Positions 20,412-35,546 of a stretch of DNA of 64,000 bases are shown here, in pieces. The position numbers and the translations under genes are program-made. Source of the stretch: the human T2T-CHM13v2.0 reference genome, Homo sapiens; NCBI RefSeq assembly GCF_009914755.1, contig NC_060925.1. One strand, written 5' to 3'. Every line of letters begins with the position of its first letter. The first letter of the stretch is position 1. The notes beneath the pieces are model-generated. The model was not told where the DNA came from and did no database searches. It saw only the letters and a program-made list of their open reading frames with translations.

Positions 20412-21851
20412 CTCCTTTCCCACTTCTGTTCTTAGGAACACTTCAATTTGGAGCAAAGATAAATCAACATTCTGAAACAAGCCTGAAGAGAGAGGAGATA
20501 AGGCCTGACCCACTTCAAAAGCCAGAAACGCCTGACGAATTTCAGAGCAGCTGTGGGTCTATGTGTTGTGGAGGAGGGGAGGGTATTCCCCACCACAGAT
20601 CTTCTCAAACTGGGCACTTTTGTGTCTGTGAGCAGAAAAGTGTAGACTCCAGCCCAGGGGGGTTGGTTGGGGTGGCTGAAGTGGTCTCCTTCAAGCCCCG
20701 AATGTCTTCAAGTCTCCTATTGTATTTGGAAACCCATGAGTATATTGCATCCCTCCCCATAACATATCTGCATGATACAAAAATAGCTCTCTCCTCCACC
20801 AGATCTGTTAGTAAAACTGAGACTCCAGAAAGCTGGGCCATGTTTATCCTGGGGTCAGTTCCCCCAAATGCCCTGACTTGTCTGTGGAGGAGACTTCACC
20901 TGGCTCAGTGCTGGTTCAGGTGGTCCAGGGCCAGCTGACTTGGGAAGCTCGGGGGCGTTCCCAGCCCAGGCTCTCAGGCCAGGCAGGGGCCATAAACCCC
21001 CACAGCCCAGGCTCGGACCCACTGGAGGCTTTAGCCACCTGCAAACCCTCACAATGCCCCGACTCCCCACCGTGTGGCTGCTTCTATGCCAAGAGGAGGA
21101 AGTGGGGGAAGAGATGGGCTCTTTGGCCCCAGCGCCCGGGGGTGGCCTGCCTGCCTGCTGCCGCCAGGAAAGAGGGAATTTGGAGAGATTTCCGCTGCGG
21201 ATGTGCCAGATAATACAGCAGAGAGGCAGCGTCAACAGGGCATGTGCCTGCCTGACGAGATGTGCTTCCCCTCCTCCAACCACAAAGCTACCAGGGGCTG
21301 TCTCCAGGGCCCCGCCAGAGTTTCCAAGTGCTCAGGGGTCCCAGAGTTCATGAGTAGGACACCAGCAAGCCCCTGTGTTCTTCCTGACTTTATCTAGTTG
21401 GATTTCCTGGCATTCTAGGCGGGCAAGTGGGGACAGGGGTCACACACACTCAAACACACCCACATACACCAGATACCTACTGTTCCTTAGCCAACCAGCA
21501 AACTCCTATGCATCCTTTAATACCCAGCTTAAGCTCCTCTACACAGCCCTCCCAGACTGCCCAATTCCTGGCCCCCCGGCCCCCATTAGGGCATCTATTA
21601 ATCTTATGTTTACCAAATAGAAATGGGCACTTCATACGTGTCTGGCACAATGCTGGGTGCTAGGATGCGATGGTGAGACAGATAAACACTGTTTCAGCTC
21701 CAGGGGAATTCAAAACTTGGCTTTTATGCTCCATTTGAAATTATTCCTGCATGTATCAGGAGCTTCCGTGAGACCAGCAGCTCCTGAGGAGCAGGAATGG
21801 AGACCAATTTATCTGTGTCCCATGGCCCAGCGGTGCTCAGTTAATGTTTGC

Positions 21852-22690
21852 TGAATGGATGGACAGACAGATGGATGGATGGATAGATGGGTGAGTTGGT
21901 GGGTGGATGGGTAGATGAGTGTGTGGATGGATGGGTGGGTGGATGAATGGATGGATGGGTGGAGGGGGGTATGAGTGGGTGGATGAATGGACAGATGAAT
22001 GGACAAATGGATGGGTGGGTTGGTGGGTGGACAGGTGGATGAGTGGATGGATGGATGAGGGATGGATGGGTGGGTGGGTGGAGTGGTGGTTGGATGGATG
22101 GATGTATGGATGGGTGGGGAGGATGGACAGATGAATGGACAAGTGGATGGGTGGGTTGGTGGGTGGACAGGTGGATGAGTGGATGGATGGATGCGGGATG
22201 GATAGGTGGATGGCTGGGTGGAGGGGTGGATAGATGGATGGATGGGGCGGAGGATGGACAGATGAATGGACAAGTGGATGGGTGGGTTGGTGGGTGGACG
22301 GATGGATGAGTAGATGGATGGATGAGGGATGGATAGGCAGGAGGGTGGGTGGGTGGAGGGATGAATGGATGGATGGATGGATGGATGGATGGATGGATGG
22401 ATGGGTGGATAGGTGGGTGGTTGGGTGGAGGGGTGGGCAGATGGATGGGTGGAGGGGGGTATGAGTGGATGGATGGATGGATAGATGAATGGACAAGTGG
22501 ATGGGTGGTTTGGTGGGTTGGCGGGTAGACGAGTGAATGGATGGATGATGGATGGATGGATGGATGGATGGATGGATGGATGGATGAATGGATGGATGGA
22601 TGTAGGGGTGGATGGGTGGAGGGGTGGATGGATGGATGAGTGGATGGGTGGACAGGTGGATGGAAGAGTGAGTGGGAGAGAGAATGGGTG
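21852..22690. repeat. Compound (GGAT)n/(GGGT)n repeat, intron 3
   Basis: ~840 bp of GGAT/GGGT with recurring ~130-bp blocks; source of the HPSI/MDGW ORFs. Confidence 0.95.
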
Positions 22691-25600
22691 GCAAACCTAC
22701 CATGTGCATGTGAAATATGCACTCCAGGGCCAGAGAAATGAGCAGTGTTTCAGCGCCCAGAGAGACACTGTGGAGAAGGTCCACCAGGATGCCTACCTGC
22801 CTTACACAAGAGCCTAACTTTGGCACACCTGTGGCACACCTGTGGAGAGCTGTTCTGGCCCCGGTTGTCTGGCAGGCCTGGGCTACTCCGAGCAGGGGAA
22901 CTGGGGCACAGTGGCTGCACCTCCGGCTATACCCTGGTTTTTCCAGTTCCTGATGCCCGCCCCTCAGGTGGCAGCATGAGGTGACTCAGGGACAGACGCC
23001 CTTATCGTGACGCAAGTCCAGCCCCCAGTGGAGCCCCTCCTCCCAAGGCACAGCCACCTCCCAGGCTGGCAATGGCAAGGTTGTGAGGTCAAGAGGTCAT
23101 GGTGGCAATTCACCTAGGGCCAGTCACCGCCCAAGCCAGGCCCAGCAGGTGACCGCAGGAACCACCTTGGCCCAGGGATGTGGAGCTTGGACTTTGTCTC
23201 TGGGCCCTGACAGACGGCAAATGGCGACCTATGGGTTACTGACCCAGCAAATGAGGGAGCTGACAACCTCAGGCCCTGGTGGCTTCTTGCTCCCAGCAGG
23301 CCCTGTCGTCTCTGCAGAAGGGGGGCTGCCCCCAGGGCCTGACGGCTGCCAGCACCCTGTCCCTTTCACACACACCCTAGGGAGCTATCTGCAGGCACAT
23401 TCCTCCACCATTGATAAGCACCACTCCCCACCTCAGCCCCCGCCTACCGCTCCTGTCCTGCCTCCAGCCTTTCATCTTCTGTTTGCTTTCCCTCGCCTCC
23501 TTCCTTCCGTTCTGGGGACCCACTTACCTCCAGGAGGGAGAGAGGGAGGGAGGGAGAAGCCGGTGCCCGCCCAGCGGAGATGCCAGCGCCTAGCTTTGCC
23601 CCCAGTGTGAGCTGAGGGTGGGGCAGACAGGGCACAGAGGTGAGAGCCACCATGGGGGGCTGGGGGTGCTGCCACCGTGGTCCCACCTCTGTAGGCCAGA
23701 AGAAACATCACAGAAATAAGGCCTGGTGGGACTTCCCAGCAGGGGACAAAGCCTGCGAGCCACAGCCAGCAGCTCCCAGAGTCTTCCACCTGGGGGACCA
23801 ACTGTGATCTGATGAAACAGGAATCCTGCCAGCAGCCCCTGCCATGGCCCGAGACCACCCTGTCTAAAGACCACCTTAACCACAGACATACCCTGGCCAG
23901 GGGACTCCTCCCTGTCAGCTATGGACTTTAGGCCACTGGGGCTGTAAGCAGTGGGACCCCTCCTCACCACACTTGTGTCACACAGTCAACAGCTTCCCCG
24001 GTGTTCAGACTGAGCCCCAGTGGGAAACCACAGGAGGGAAGCTCGGATCACCAGGTTGACAGCGTCCTTCAGGGCCACAGGTCCAGCCCACTCATTTTAC
24101 AGATGGGGGTGGGACCCCAAGGGGACCTGCTAAGGTCATACAGCCTGTGGGTGGAAGGACACACACCAGGGGCAACTGCCTTCCTGTGCCAGGCCCCCGT
24201 TCTTTTGGTCACTGTTCACTGCTTCCTCTCCGGACCTCAGTTTCCTCATCTGTAAAATGGGGATCAAGTCCTCATCCTCTCTGGGTTGTGTGTGAAGATG
24301 GAAGAAAGCCCTGCTTATGAGATGTCCAGCATGGTGCCTGGAATGCGGTGTCCCTATGAACTAGGGGATCATGAAACTACAGTAGGGAGGGGACCTCCCC
24401 AAGGGGCTGGGCCCCTTGAGGGAGCAGGAGCCTCTCAGGAGGGAATCTCCAACTCCCCACAACCCCAGCTCTGGCCTCCCAGCTGTTCAGCTGAGCCACT
24501 GGCCAAGGCTGCTGGCCACCTGCTCACCTGACCAGCGGTCCCCAGGGCTGAGGCGCCAGCAGGGGCCCCGCCAGCTGCTGAGGCCAGCACAGGAAGCGGA
24601 GACATGGAGACAAAGCAGCCCCCGGGGGACAGCGGTCAGCCCGAGCGACTCCACTGTCCCCGCAGGCAGGGCCGGGGGCAGGGCGGGGGAACCAAGGGAA
24701 GCTGGCTCATTCCTGACATAGTTCATGGGAGCGCTCCGGGCAGCGTGCCCACCTGCCGCACACAGCACCTGGGAGGTGCCTCCCTTCCTCTGCCCACTTA
24801 ACTCTTTCCTGAGCTCTGGGCTTCCTGGGGAAAGAACCCTGAGGAGAAACGGACAAACTGGGAATAACCTAGACAAGGTGCCAGGTGACCTCAGGGTGCC
24901 CCGCCTCGCTCTGGGTCTGGTTTGTCACCAGCAGGAGCCCCAGTGAAAGAATCTGGGTCTCCAGGCCTGGGGAGGGTCCGGCAGGGAGGGCAGACCCTGT
25001 GCCTCCCTCTGGTTCTCCCTCAATGTACCCAGCAGTGCCCTCTCCAGGACCCCTGCCTCCAACAGAGCCCCCAAGCCCCTGCAACAGACCCTGCCATCCC
25101 CAGGGCTGGCCAGAGAGCCTACCCCAGGGCCAGGAGCTGAGTCAGGGATTCCAAAGGAACTGGTCACTTCCCGCCCCATTTCCTGACCCATCCTGCAGCC
25201 TGGGCGCCGCTGCACCGCCTGGATTCAGATCCTGATGCAGCCACATCCTAGCTGTGTGACTTCAGGCAAGCCTCTTTAGCTCTCTGAACCTCAGTTTCCT
25301 GGTCTATCAAATGGGATTGATCACAGTCCCTGCCACGCAGAAAGGCGGTGTGGATTCCGCTCGCATGTCTGATAAAGCGCTTGCTTGGCTCAGCGCCTGC
25401 CCCTCGGACGACACCCGTCTACGGTAGCGACTGTCATCACTTCCAGCAGCAGCATGGCCAGGGGCTGCTGAGAGAAGTCTAGAGGTATAAAGAGGAGCCA
25501 GCCGGGCGTTCCTGGCATCTCGCGCACCGGCACCCAGCCACACTGAAAGGAATTTTGGTGGGAGGATCCCGAGGAGGAACAATCCGGCAGTAGGTGACTA

Positions 25601-27236
25601 GCGATTGACAGGGTTCCACGAACTAAGTCGGAAATTTCGCTCTTGGAAACTTGTCCTCCTGCTGGGCTGATCTTCCCAACAGGGGGCTGCTCGGCTCTCT
25701 GCAAACAAAATCTGCCAGAACCCTGACCCCCCACATCTAGAGGAGGGAAGGCTGCCCCGCTTCCTGGAGAGACACCCCCACCCCAACCGTCCACTTATCT
25801 CTGCGGGGCCTGCCTCACCAGCCTGTGGAAAGTTTTCAGCTGCCCCTCACCCCCACCCCCGCATTCTTGTGCGAGGATGTCATGTGGGAGGAGCCTGCTC
25901 GCCCCACTGGGCTGCCTCGTCCCGGCCCCCTCAACCGCACTCATTGTCTGAAACTGAGAGTATGCATTCGAGGTCACCTAAAGCAGGGGCCGCCTGGGGA
26001 AGGGGGGCTCGCTCAGCAGAGGGGAGCTGGGAAGACAAGGGGGCGATGGCATGGGCCGGAGCAGAGCCTACACCACAGGCTTATGGCCAGAAAGCTCGTA
26101 GGGAACTTCTCATCGGGGGGTTTACAGACCGTGTTAAGTAAGGTTCTGAGGACTTGCTTTAGGAGGCAAGTAGGGCCCATCACAAAGGGCTTCAGTGTCC
26201 TCCAACCCTTCAACCCCCTCCAGGGGCTGCAGGATCCATGGCTAGAAAACAAGCATAAAGTCTGCTGGTGCTGTTGAACTTTCTCATTTTACTCAAAGGA
26301 AACCCAAGACCAGAGATGAGGGGGGAGTTAGCCAAGGTGTGTGCAACGCAGCCACTAAACCTCCAATTCCTTAACGTCCCGCTTATCTCAGCAAAGAAGC
26401 TGCCAGAGAGAGGGAATGAGCCAGCCCTCCAAAGGTTGGCCTGCATTCCACAAATGCTCTGCCTCATGGCCATTTCCAGAAAAAGTCACCCATTGAAAAT
26501 CCACATTGCTGTGGAGATTTCCGCTGTCACAGGCCCTGGCCACACCACGCCACGGCTTCCTCCATGTGAACTCACTAATGCCCAAGCCTCATTCCCCAAG
26601 GAGAGTCTGAATGAATTGGCCCTTTTCTGGGCCCAGTGTGTCATCTATAGAGGCCCCAGTGGAAAATCAATAGAGGTCCCAATGGGAAATTTGTGGCCCT
26701 GGGGACATTCAGACAAGAAAGGCAGACCCTTGGCCCCCCTCCAACCTCTCCCTCAACAGAAGCATTTCCCAAAAGCTCCGCGGGTGATCCTGATATGCAG
26801 CCAGGGGATGTGCACCCCGGGTCCAACTCAGTCACTTCTATGTACGAAAGAGGAGTTTGAGGCCCAGGGAGTTTAAGTACCTTGCCTAAGGCCACATAGT
26901 GAGCTGATAACAGACATGGAACTTGCTCCTGGTACTCCACCGTGGGACCACAGTGCCGCTGTACCAGAGCTACTCAGTATACATTCGTGGGATGAATCAA
27001 AAATAACAGCGACATTTAAAAGTACTCATGTGGCAGGCACTGACCTAAGCACTTTACTATTAAGTCATTTGATTATCACAGCCACCCTACGAGATAGACG
27101 CTATGATCCTCTCCATTTTACAGATGAGGAAACCCAGGCACAGAGAGGTCAAGGAAATGGCCTAAAGCCACACAGCTAAAAATGTAGACCTGGGATTTGA
27201 ACACAGGCATTCTTGTTTCAGAGTCATCAATCATAA

Positions 27237-27610
<374 letters not shown>

Positions 27611-27768
27611 TAATAAGGAAACTGATGTCTGGGAAGGATCTATAATTTCCACTAACAGAACTAATGTGTGTCAAAGCAGGGATGAGCTTACCAAGATTCC
27701 ATGATTCCAAAGCTAAAGACCAGAACCTGGGAATGCAGAACCCCCTTCCCTGCAACCCAGAACCGTCA

Positions 27769-28662
<894 letters not shown>

Positions 28663-30261
28663 CTATTAGGTTGTGAGCCTGCAGGTGGAGTCCGGGACTC
28701 CATGTGACCTCAGGTGGGTTATGCTCTCTAAGCCGCAATTTCCTCATCTGTACAATGGGAGCAAGACCCCCTACCTCACAGAATTGCTGTGAGGATAAAG
28801 GACAGAATGTCTACACTGGCTGAACACAGTGCTTGGCACAAGGTAACAGGCATACGGGCAGCCAGTATGATTATTGTTACTCTTGGTATTATTCACCATG
28901 CACCCATGTGTGTTGGCAAACGCAGGAGTGGCATTAAGTCAAAAACAACGGATGATGCTCTCCGTCATTTAGAATTTGGCTTTGCAGCAGATGAACATGT
29001 TCCTCCCTCCCTGGATCATAACTCAGCCTTCTCCAGAAAGAATTCCCAGGTTAGGCTACAGTTGGGCCAGGTGCCCCCCGCCACCCAACTCCCAAAGTTG
29101 CCATGTTCCCTTTACCCTGTACCCCTTGCCATTTACCAAAGTGCACTTGGCACGGCACATGGGGACACCCACATCTGGGCTCCCACATGAGATTCTGAGC
29201 TCCTCAGCCAGAGTCTGCATCTAATTCACCTGTGTCCTGTGTCCCGAGAGCCGGCCTGAGACAGAGTAGGTGCTCAGGGAAGCGTTTGTTGAATGAATAA
29301 ACAAAAGAATGAATGAAAGCACAGGGGAGGAGGACAGAGGCCCGGGCTATACTGTGTGGCGTTGGCCAAGGCCCTACATGCCCTTGGGCCTCAGTTTCCC
29401 ACTCTGTATAAAGACTGGGTTGTATTAGGTGACCCGTGTTCCCTCCCAGCTAGACTTCCAGGATCCTAGAAACCTGCTCAGGGCTACACCCCAGCCAAGC
29501 CTGCCCAGAGCTAGGGTGACCGGGGACAAGAACTCGACTCATGCAGATCTGGCCAGCTCTGGGAACTATTCCAAGTAGCCCCTGGGAGACAGCCCCCTTT
29601 CTCAGCTCAGGGTCCCAGGACAAACTCAGCAAGGGCCCATTGTATAGAGAGGGAAACTGAGGCCCCGAGAGCCACATCTTCCCCAAGATCACACAGCAGA
29701 CACACACAGCCAGGGGAAGAACCCCCAGCCCCTGCCCCCATTCCTGGTCACATCAGGACGGCATAGAGGGGAAGACCTGGGTGAGAATGAGGCAGAGAAA
29801 TGCAGCCCCCCACAGGAAGGGGAAGCAACAGCTAGAGGTGGGAAAGGGGCGGGCAGGAAGGAACTTGATCAGGTTTTCCTGTTCCCTGTCTCTTCTTCAC
29901 CCCTCACCTCCTGGGCTGAGACCTCAAGACAGGGGGCATCTTTAACCCCTTCCCTCCCAAGAGGTGGATGGGTGGTGCCAGAGATCCCTCTGACTGTCAG
30001 CCCTTCTGGAACATGGAAGGCCCAGCTCCGCTAGGGCCTTCTCTGTCTCCCCAGTTCCCCCCACCTCTCAGGCTTACACCCACACCCTCGTACCTTCCCA
30101 CGCCCATCCAGCCCTGGCCTGGGCCGGCTGACTCTGAGCCTGGTGTGAGAAGCTGGACCCTGAGCCTGAGACCTGGCTGAGCTGCTGAATTGAAGCCAGG
30201 CCCCACGCTCCCTGGGCCTCAGTTTCTCCATCTCTACAGGGGACCAGCAGCCCCATTCTCA

Positions 30262-30672
<411 letters not shown>

Positions 30673-33600
30673 TCAGCCCGGCAGGAGAACAGCAGCTGGG
30701 CAGAGAGCTGGGCTGAGCAGGGTATTAAGTGACACCACACCGCCCCCTCTGCTTCCTTGAACAAGGCCCTTTGGCAGCACTTCACGTGCATGTGGGCCTT
30801 AGGGACACTGGTGTCTGCTTCTGCCACATTCCCCCCAGCAGGAAACACACCAACCCCACTCAGGTCATGTAGCACACACATATGCACCTATATGTACACG
30901 TGCATCTTGCGGTACTCCAAGAAGAGAGTGCTGTGAACAGGTGGGAACAGCTCCAGGGTGGAGGAGGGAAGAGGGTATCTGGAAACCGATCTTCTCACCA
31001 CAAAAGCCACAGAGCAGGCAGGATAAAGCCCTGGACCCATAGGGCCCCTAAGAGGGGCCCAAAGATACACACAGCTGGTGAGGTCCCCTCCCTGGGAAAG
31101 TCACTCCCACCACCCCTGCCCCTCACATCCTGACCACTGCCCTGCCAGGGGTGCCAGAGGTTCCTGGGGGATCAGGAATAAAAGCCCTTGTAGGGGACAT
31201 TCTAGGCCCAGAGACCAGGTGTCAGGACCATCCTGTTCCCAGAGAGGCAACTGGAGCCTGGCGGAGGGATACACTCCCGGGGTCTTCCCTAGACCTAGTC
31301 CTGCCATTGGGCACCTCCCACTGATCCACCCCAGGTTCTCTGCCAGGCTCAGAGGCCATAGCCAAAACCTAAGACCCTAGGTACTGTCCCCACTCTATTT
31401 CCAAGTAAAGTCCAGGTAGCTGCCAATAAGTGCTACCCTCCCTAGAGGGTAAGGAGATAGGAGAAACCGGGGCATAGAACCTATGCAAGATGGATTCAGA
31501 GGGTAAAGCCCTAAGGTGGGGGTAAAGAAACCAAGTCAATGCTTCCTTTGGGCCTTGGAGCATGAGGGATCTGCCTCAGAAGCCCCATTCCTCAAGGCCA
31601 GGACCGGAGAAGGACTCAAAGGGTGGACAGAGCTCCAGGCAGGCTGGGAGCAGGGATGGCCTGGTTTGTGGAGATGGGAGCTGGGCTCTGAGGGTGGTCT
31701 TGAAGACCGCCTCCTGAAGTGACATGGCCCTCCTACCTGGGCTGAAGGCCCCCAGGCTGGGGCGTGAAATGCTGCCACCCCCACTACTGACCGGGGCCAA
31801 ACCTCTCTAGGAAGGGTCAGGCAGCCCAGACAGGCAAGAGGAAATCCAATGTGACACCGGCCCCATGACAGAGGCTGTGGGGATAGGGGAGGGTGGCTGG
31901 GGGCAGCGGGGTGGGCAGGGGCAGGGATTTGTTCAGACATGCCCAGGGCCGGGGCTTTGAAACTCACTAACCCCACTAGCAAATGGAATGTTCCAGCTAC
32001 ACAGGAAGGAATCTGGAGGCTCCTGATTTCAGCTGGGTGGGTAGAAGGACAAAGGTTCCTCACAGTCCTGCAGCCCCCCCTCAGATTGACAGGAGGCTGA
32101 GGTCTGTGCCCAAGTGAGAGGGCTCACCGCTACCAGGCTTCTGAAGGGTTAACCTGGCATGGAGGGCCCTCCCTTTCCAGCCTAGGCCTGGCTCTAGAAG
32201 TAGCACAGGGCTCAATCGGAGAAGAAAAGAAGCCCTCACACAGGAAGGAGCCCCCCCTGCAGGGGTTTCCAACCCCGGCCCCCTCCCAGGGAAATTCCCT
32301 CGAACCAACCACCAGGAACAGGAGGCGCCCAGCGCTGGGTCCCTCCGCCCTGACGCGGGCGCGGCTCTTTCCCCAGGTTCTTCCAGGGACAGAGGCTCCC
32401 GCTTCCCTGGAAAGGGTGGGAGCCTGGGAGCCCCTCGGCTGACCCAGACGGCTTCCTGGAGAGGCTTAGGCTAAGCAGGGCTTATCCATGAGCTCTCTAT
32501 CCCCTTACCTTCCCATTTCTGGGGGGAAAAAAAAAAGCAAAAAACACCTCCTTCTTTGCCATGAGTTCCACCGTAAGTGCCATCTTTGTGGGTCCACATT
32601 GCTCCACAGCTTCTTCCACAAATGCAGGACTGCCACCCACTCCCGGTCTCCGGTCCTTCTCCGCAGCCTCCGAGGCTGTGGTTCCCTCCCCGCTTCCCCC
32701 ATTCCTCTCTAACCAAGACTAGCTAATCCCTAAAGGAAGCAGGGAGGTGGGGACTCTGGGGAAAACATGAAAGAAAAGGGAAAGGGGACAGAGGGCAGAC
32801 TTGGCCCCGGTAGAACCAGAAACCAAGGACTTCCTGGCACTCTCCAGCCCTCTTCCCATCAGCAGCACCCCAGCTCAGCACCCCCTGCCACCCGCCCAGG
32901 CCCCTGCCCAGCTATGCCTGCTTCCCAGGAAAATCTACCATGACACCAACCACAAAGCAGGCAGGGCCTTGGCTCTGGCAGCCAAGAAGCGGGATGCTCA
33001 GGTCTGGTCCTCTGTCCAGAAGGCCCTGGTTGGCAAGGGCTCGGGCCTCCCTCAGTTTCCCCATTTGTAAAAATGAGGGCAGATTCAGTGGCTGTTGATG
33101 ACCTAACAGGAGCCACGTGGGCAACCAAGTATAGCCTAGGGGTGAGGGGGCAAGAAAGAAGTCTGAAGCAGCCTGGGGGTAGGTGAAAAAGGCACCTGTG
33201 TCCTCCTGCCTGCCCCCTAAGCCACCCCCAGGCAGACCCACCACATACAGCCTGATTCCCAGGAACTGAAACCAGCAGCTGCCAGCTAGGCCATCATGCC
33301 CACCCCCACCTAGGCACACTTCTCTAGGGACTCTTTCACGGGGACTCAGAGTCGAAGCAAAAATGTACCCCCACCCCAGTGCAATACACAAGCCTTTCCC
33401 CCTGCATCCCATGGGGTGTGGGGGTGGGGTTTAATCACACAGGCTGGGGAGAGGTGGACACAGGGGACAAGGACAAGGCAGCTCCAGGCTTCCAGGCCAG
33501 CTTGGGGACTGCAGCAGCAAAGCACCCGCCTAATCCCCCACCCCCCCATGGGCAGCCGAGGAGAAAGGCCTATAGTGATTCCAGCTGTCTCTCCCCTTCT

Positions 33601-33866
33601 CTCCAACCACAGTCCCCCAGGAAGGGGGAGGACCAAACGTTGGTGGGGCGGATATTGAGGGTGGCAGAAATCCTTGCCATGAGCTCCTGCAACCAGAAGT
33701 CCCGGTTGAGACCCCAACCCGGGCCCTGTCACTCCAGAGACTGAGACAGGATGCCACCCCCAACACCTGCCACTGCCCAACGGCTCCAGATCCGGCCTCT
33801 TTTCCTCCCAACACAGAACAGCAAAACCTCCAAACCCAGTTTGGGAGGCAGAAAAAGAAGGAAACA

Positions 33867-34177
<311 letters not shown>

Positions 34178-35193
34178 AAGGAAACTTCTCACCGGCCCAA
34201 GTTTCCTCCCGGCTTCCCCCTTGTGGAGCCTGCGGAAACCTCGCTCTGCCCAGGCAGGAGGGGAAGCCTTGCCCTCACTGTTGGAAATTGAAGCTGGCCT
34301 GGGCTGGGTGGACAGGAAGGTCTTCGGCCAGGGCAGGAGCCCCCATCCTCGCCCTGACCCTAGCGGAGGGACAACACCCCCACCACGCACCCGCTGCGCC
34401 ATGAGCAAAGTCTGCGGCCCCTCACTCGGCGCGGCTCCGGGAACACTGGGGCGGGGGTGGGTGATTCAGTCCCCCACCCCCGGGTGTCCTGACTCCCTGG
34501 TGGCCCTGGGCTGACAGCTCCACACCTTGGGAGGCCGCACCCCCACCTGCCGCATTTCCTCGTTCTGAGTCACCCTTGCTCAGAACGCTTGACTTTGGGA
34601 CTTCCTGTCCGCACTCGCGGCCCCTAACCTGCCCCGGGAGCCCGGGAGTGCGGCTTGGGAAGGAGGGAAAGGAGTGTGTGAGCAGGGATTGGCCCGAACC
34701 TATCTCCACGCTCTCCCCCGGGACTGGAGGTGAAGGGGGGCGTGGAGAAAATCTCAGGGAACAGGGGCTTCGACAGGGGGCTCCCGCCCGCCCGAGCCCC
34801 CTCCCCAAAATGCGAGGCCTGCACAGTATGCCTTCTCCGCAAAACCTCGGCAAGCGGGTTAGTGAATTCAGGTCACTAAGAAGCTGAGCCCGCGGAAAGC
34901 TGCCCAAACACCCCCTTCTCTAGGGGACTCCCCACGCCCCCCGCCGGGACGCGTTCCCGAAGTCGCCGCCTGGACTGCAACCGCGTGGCCTGCGCCGCGT
35001 CCTCTTCTCCGCAGCCTCCGAGGCCCGTGCGACCAAGCTGAAACCGCTTATTCTCCGGAGCCCCTATGACCCCGGGTGGGGGCCAGGGCTCGCCTCGATC
35101 GCAGCCCGTGCGCCCTCCGGACTCCAGTTCGCCGGGACTGGGCGACACCAGGTAGGTTCCAAAGTTGCGCGCGTCAAGGAGCGCCGGGCTCTA

Positions 35194-35465
<272 letters not shown>

Positions 35466-35507
35466 GGAAGTTGGGTGAGAACCGACTCCTGTTCATTCAT
35501 GCCCTGC

Positions 35508-35546
35508 GTGACGTCACCAACGCCCGCCCTCAGGAATGTCTTTAAA
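35508..35546 (-). promoter_or_regulatory. Proximal promoter: palindromic CRE, GC box, TEAD/MCAT site, TATA-like TTTAAA
   Basis: GTGACGTCAC 35508-35517; CGCCCGCCC 35521-35529; GGAATG 35533-35538; TTTAAA 35541-35546. Confidence 0.7.

Noticed and set aside
21809-22826. Long HPSI/MDGW ORFs (up to 329 aa)
   Set aside because: Translations of the GGAT repeat
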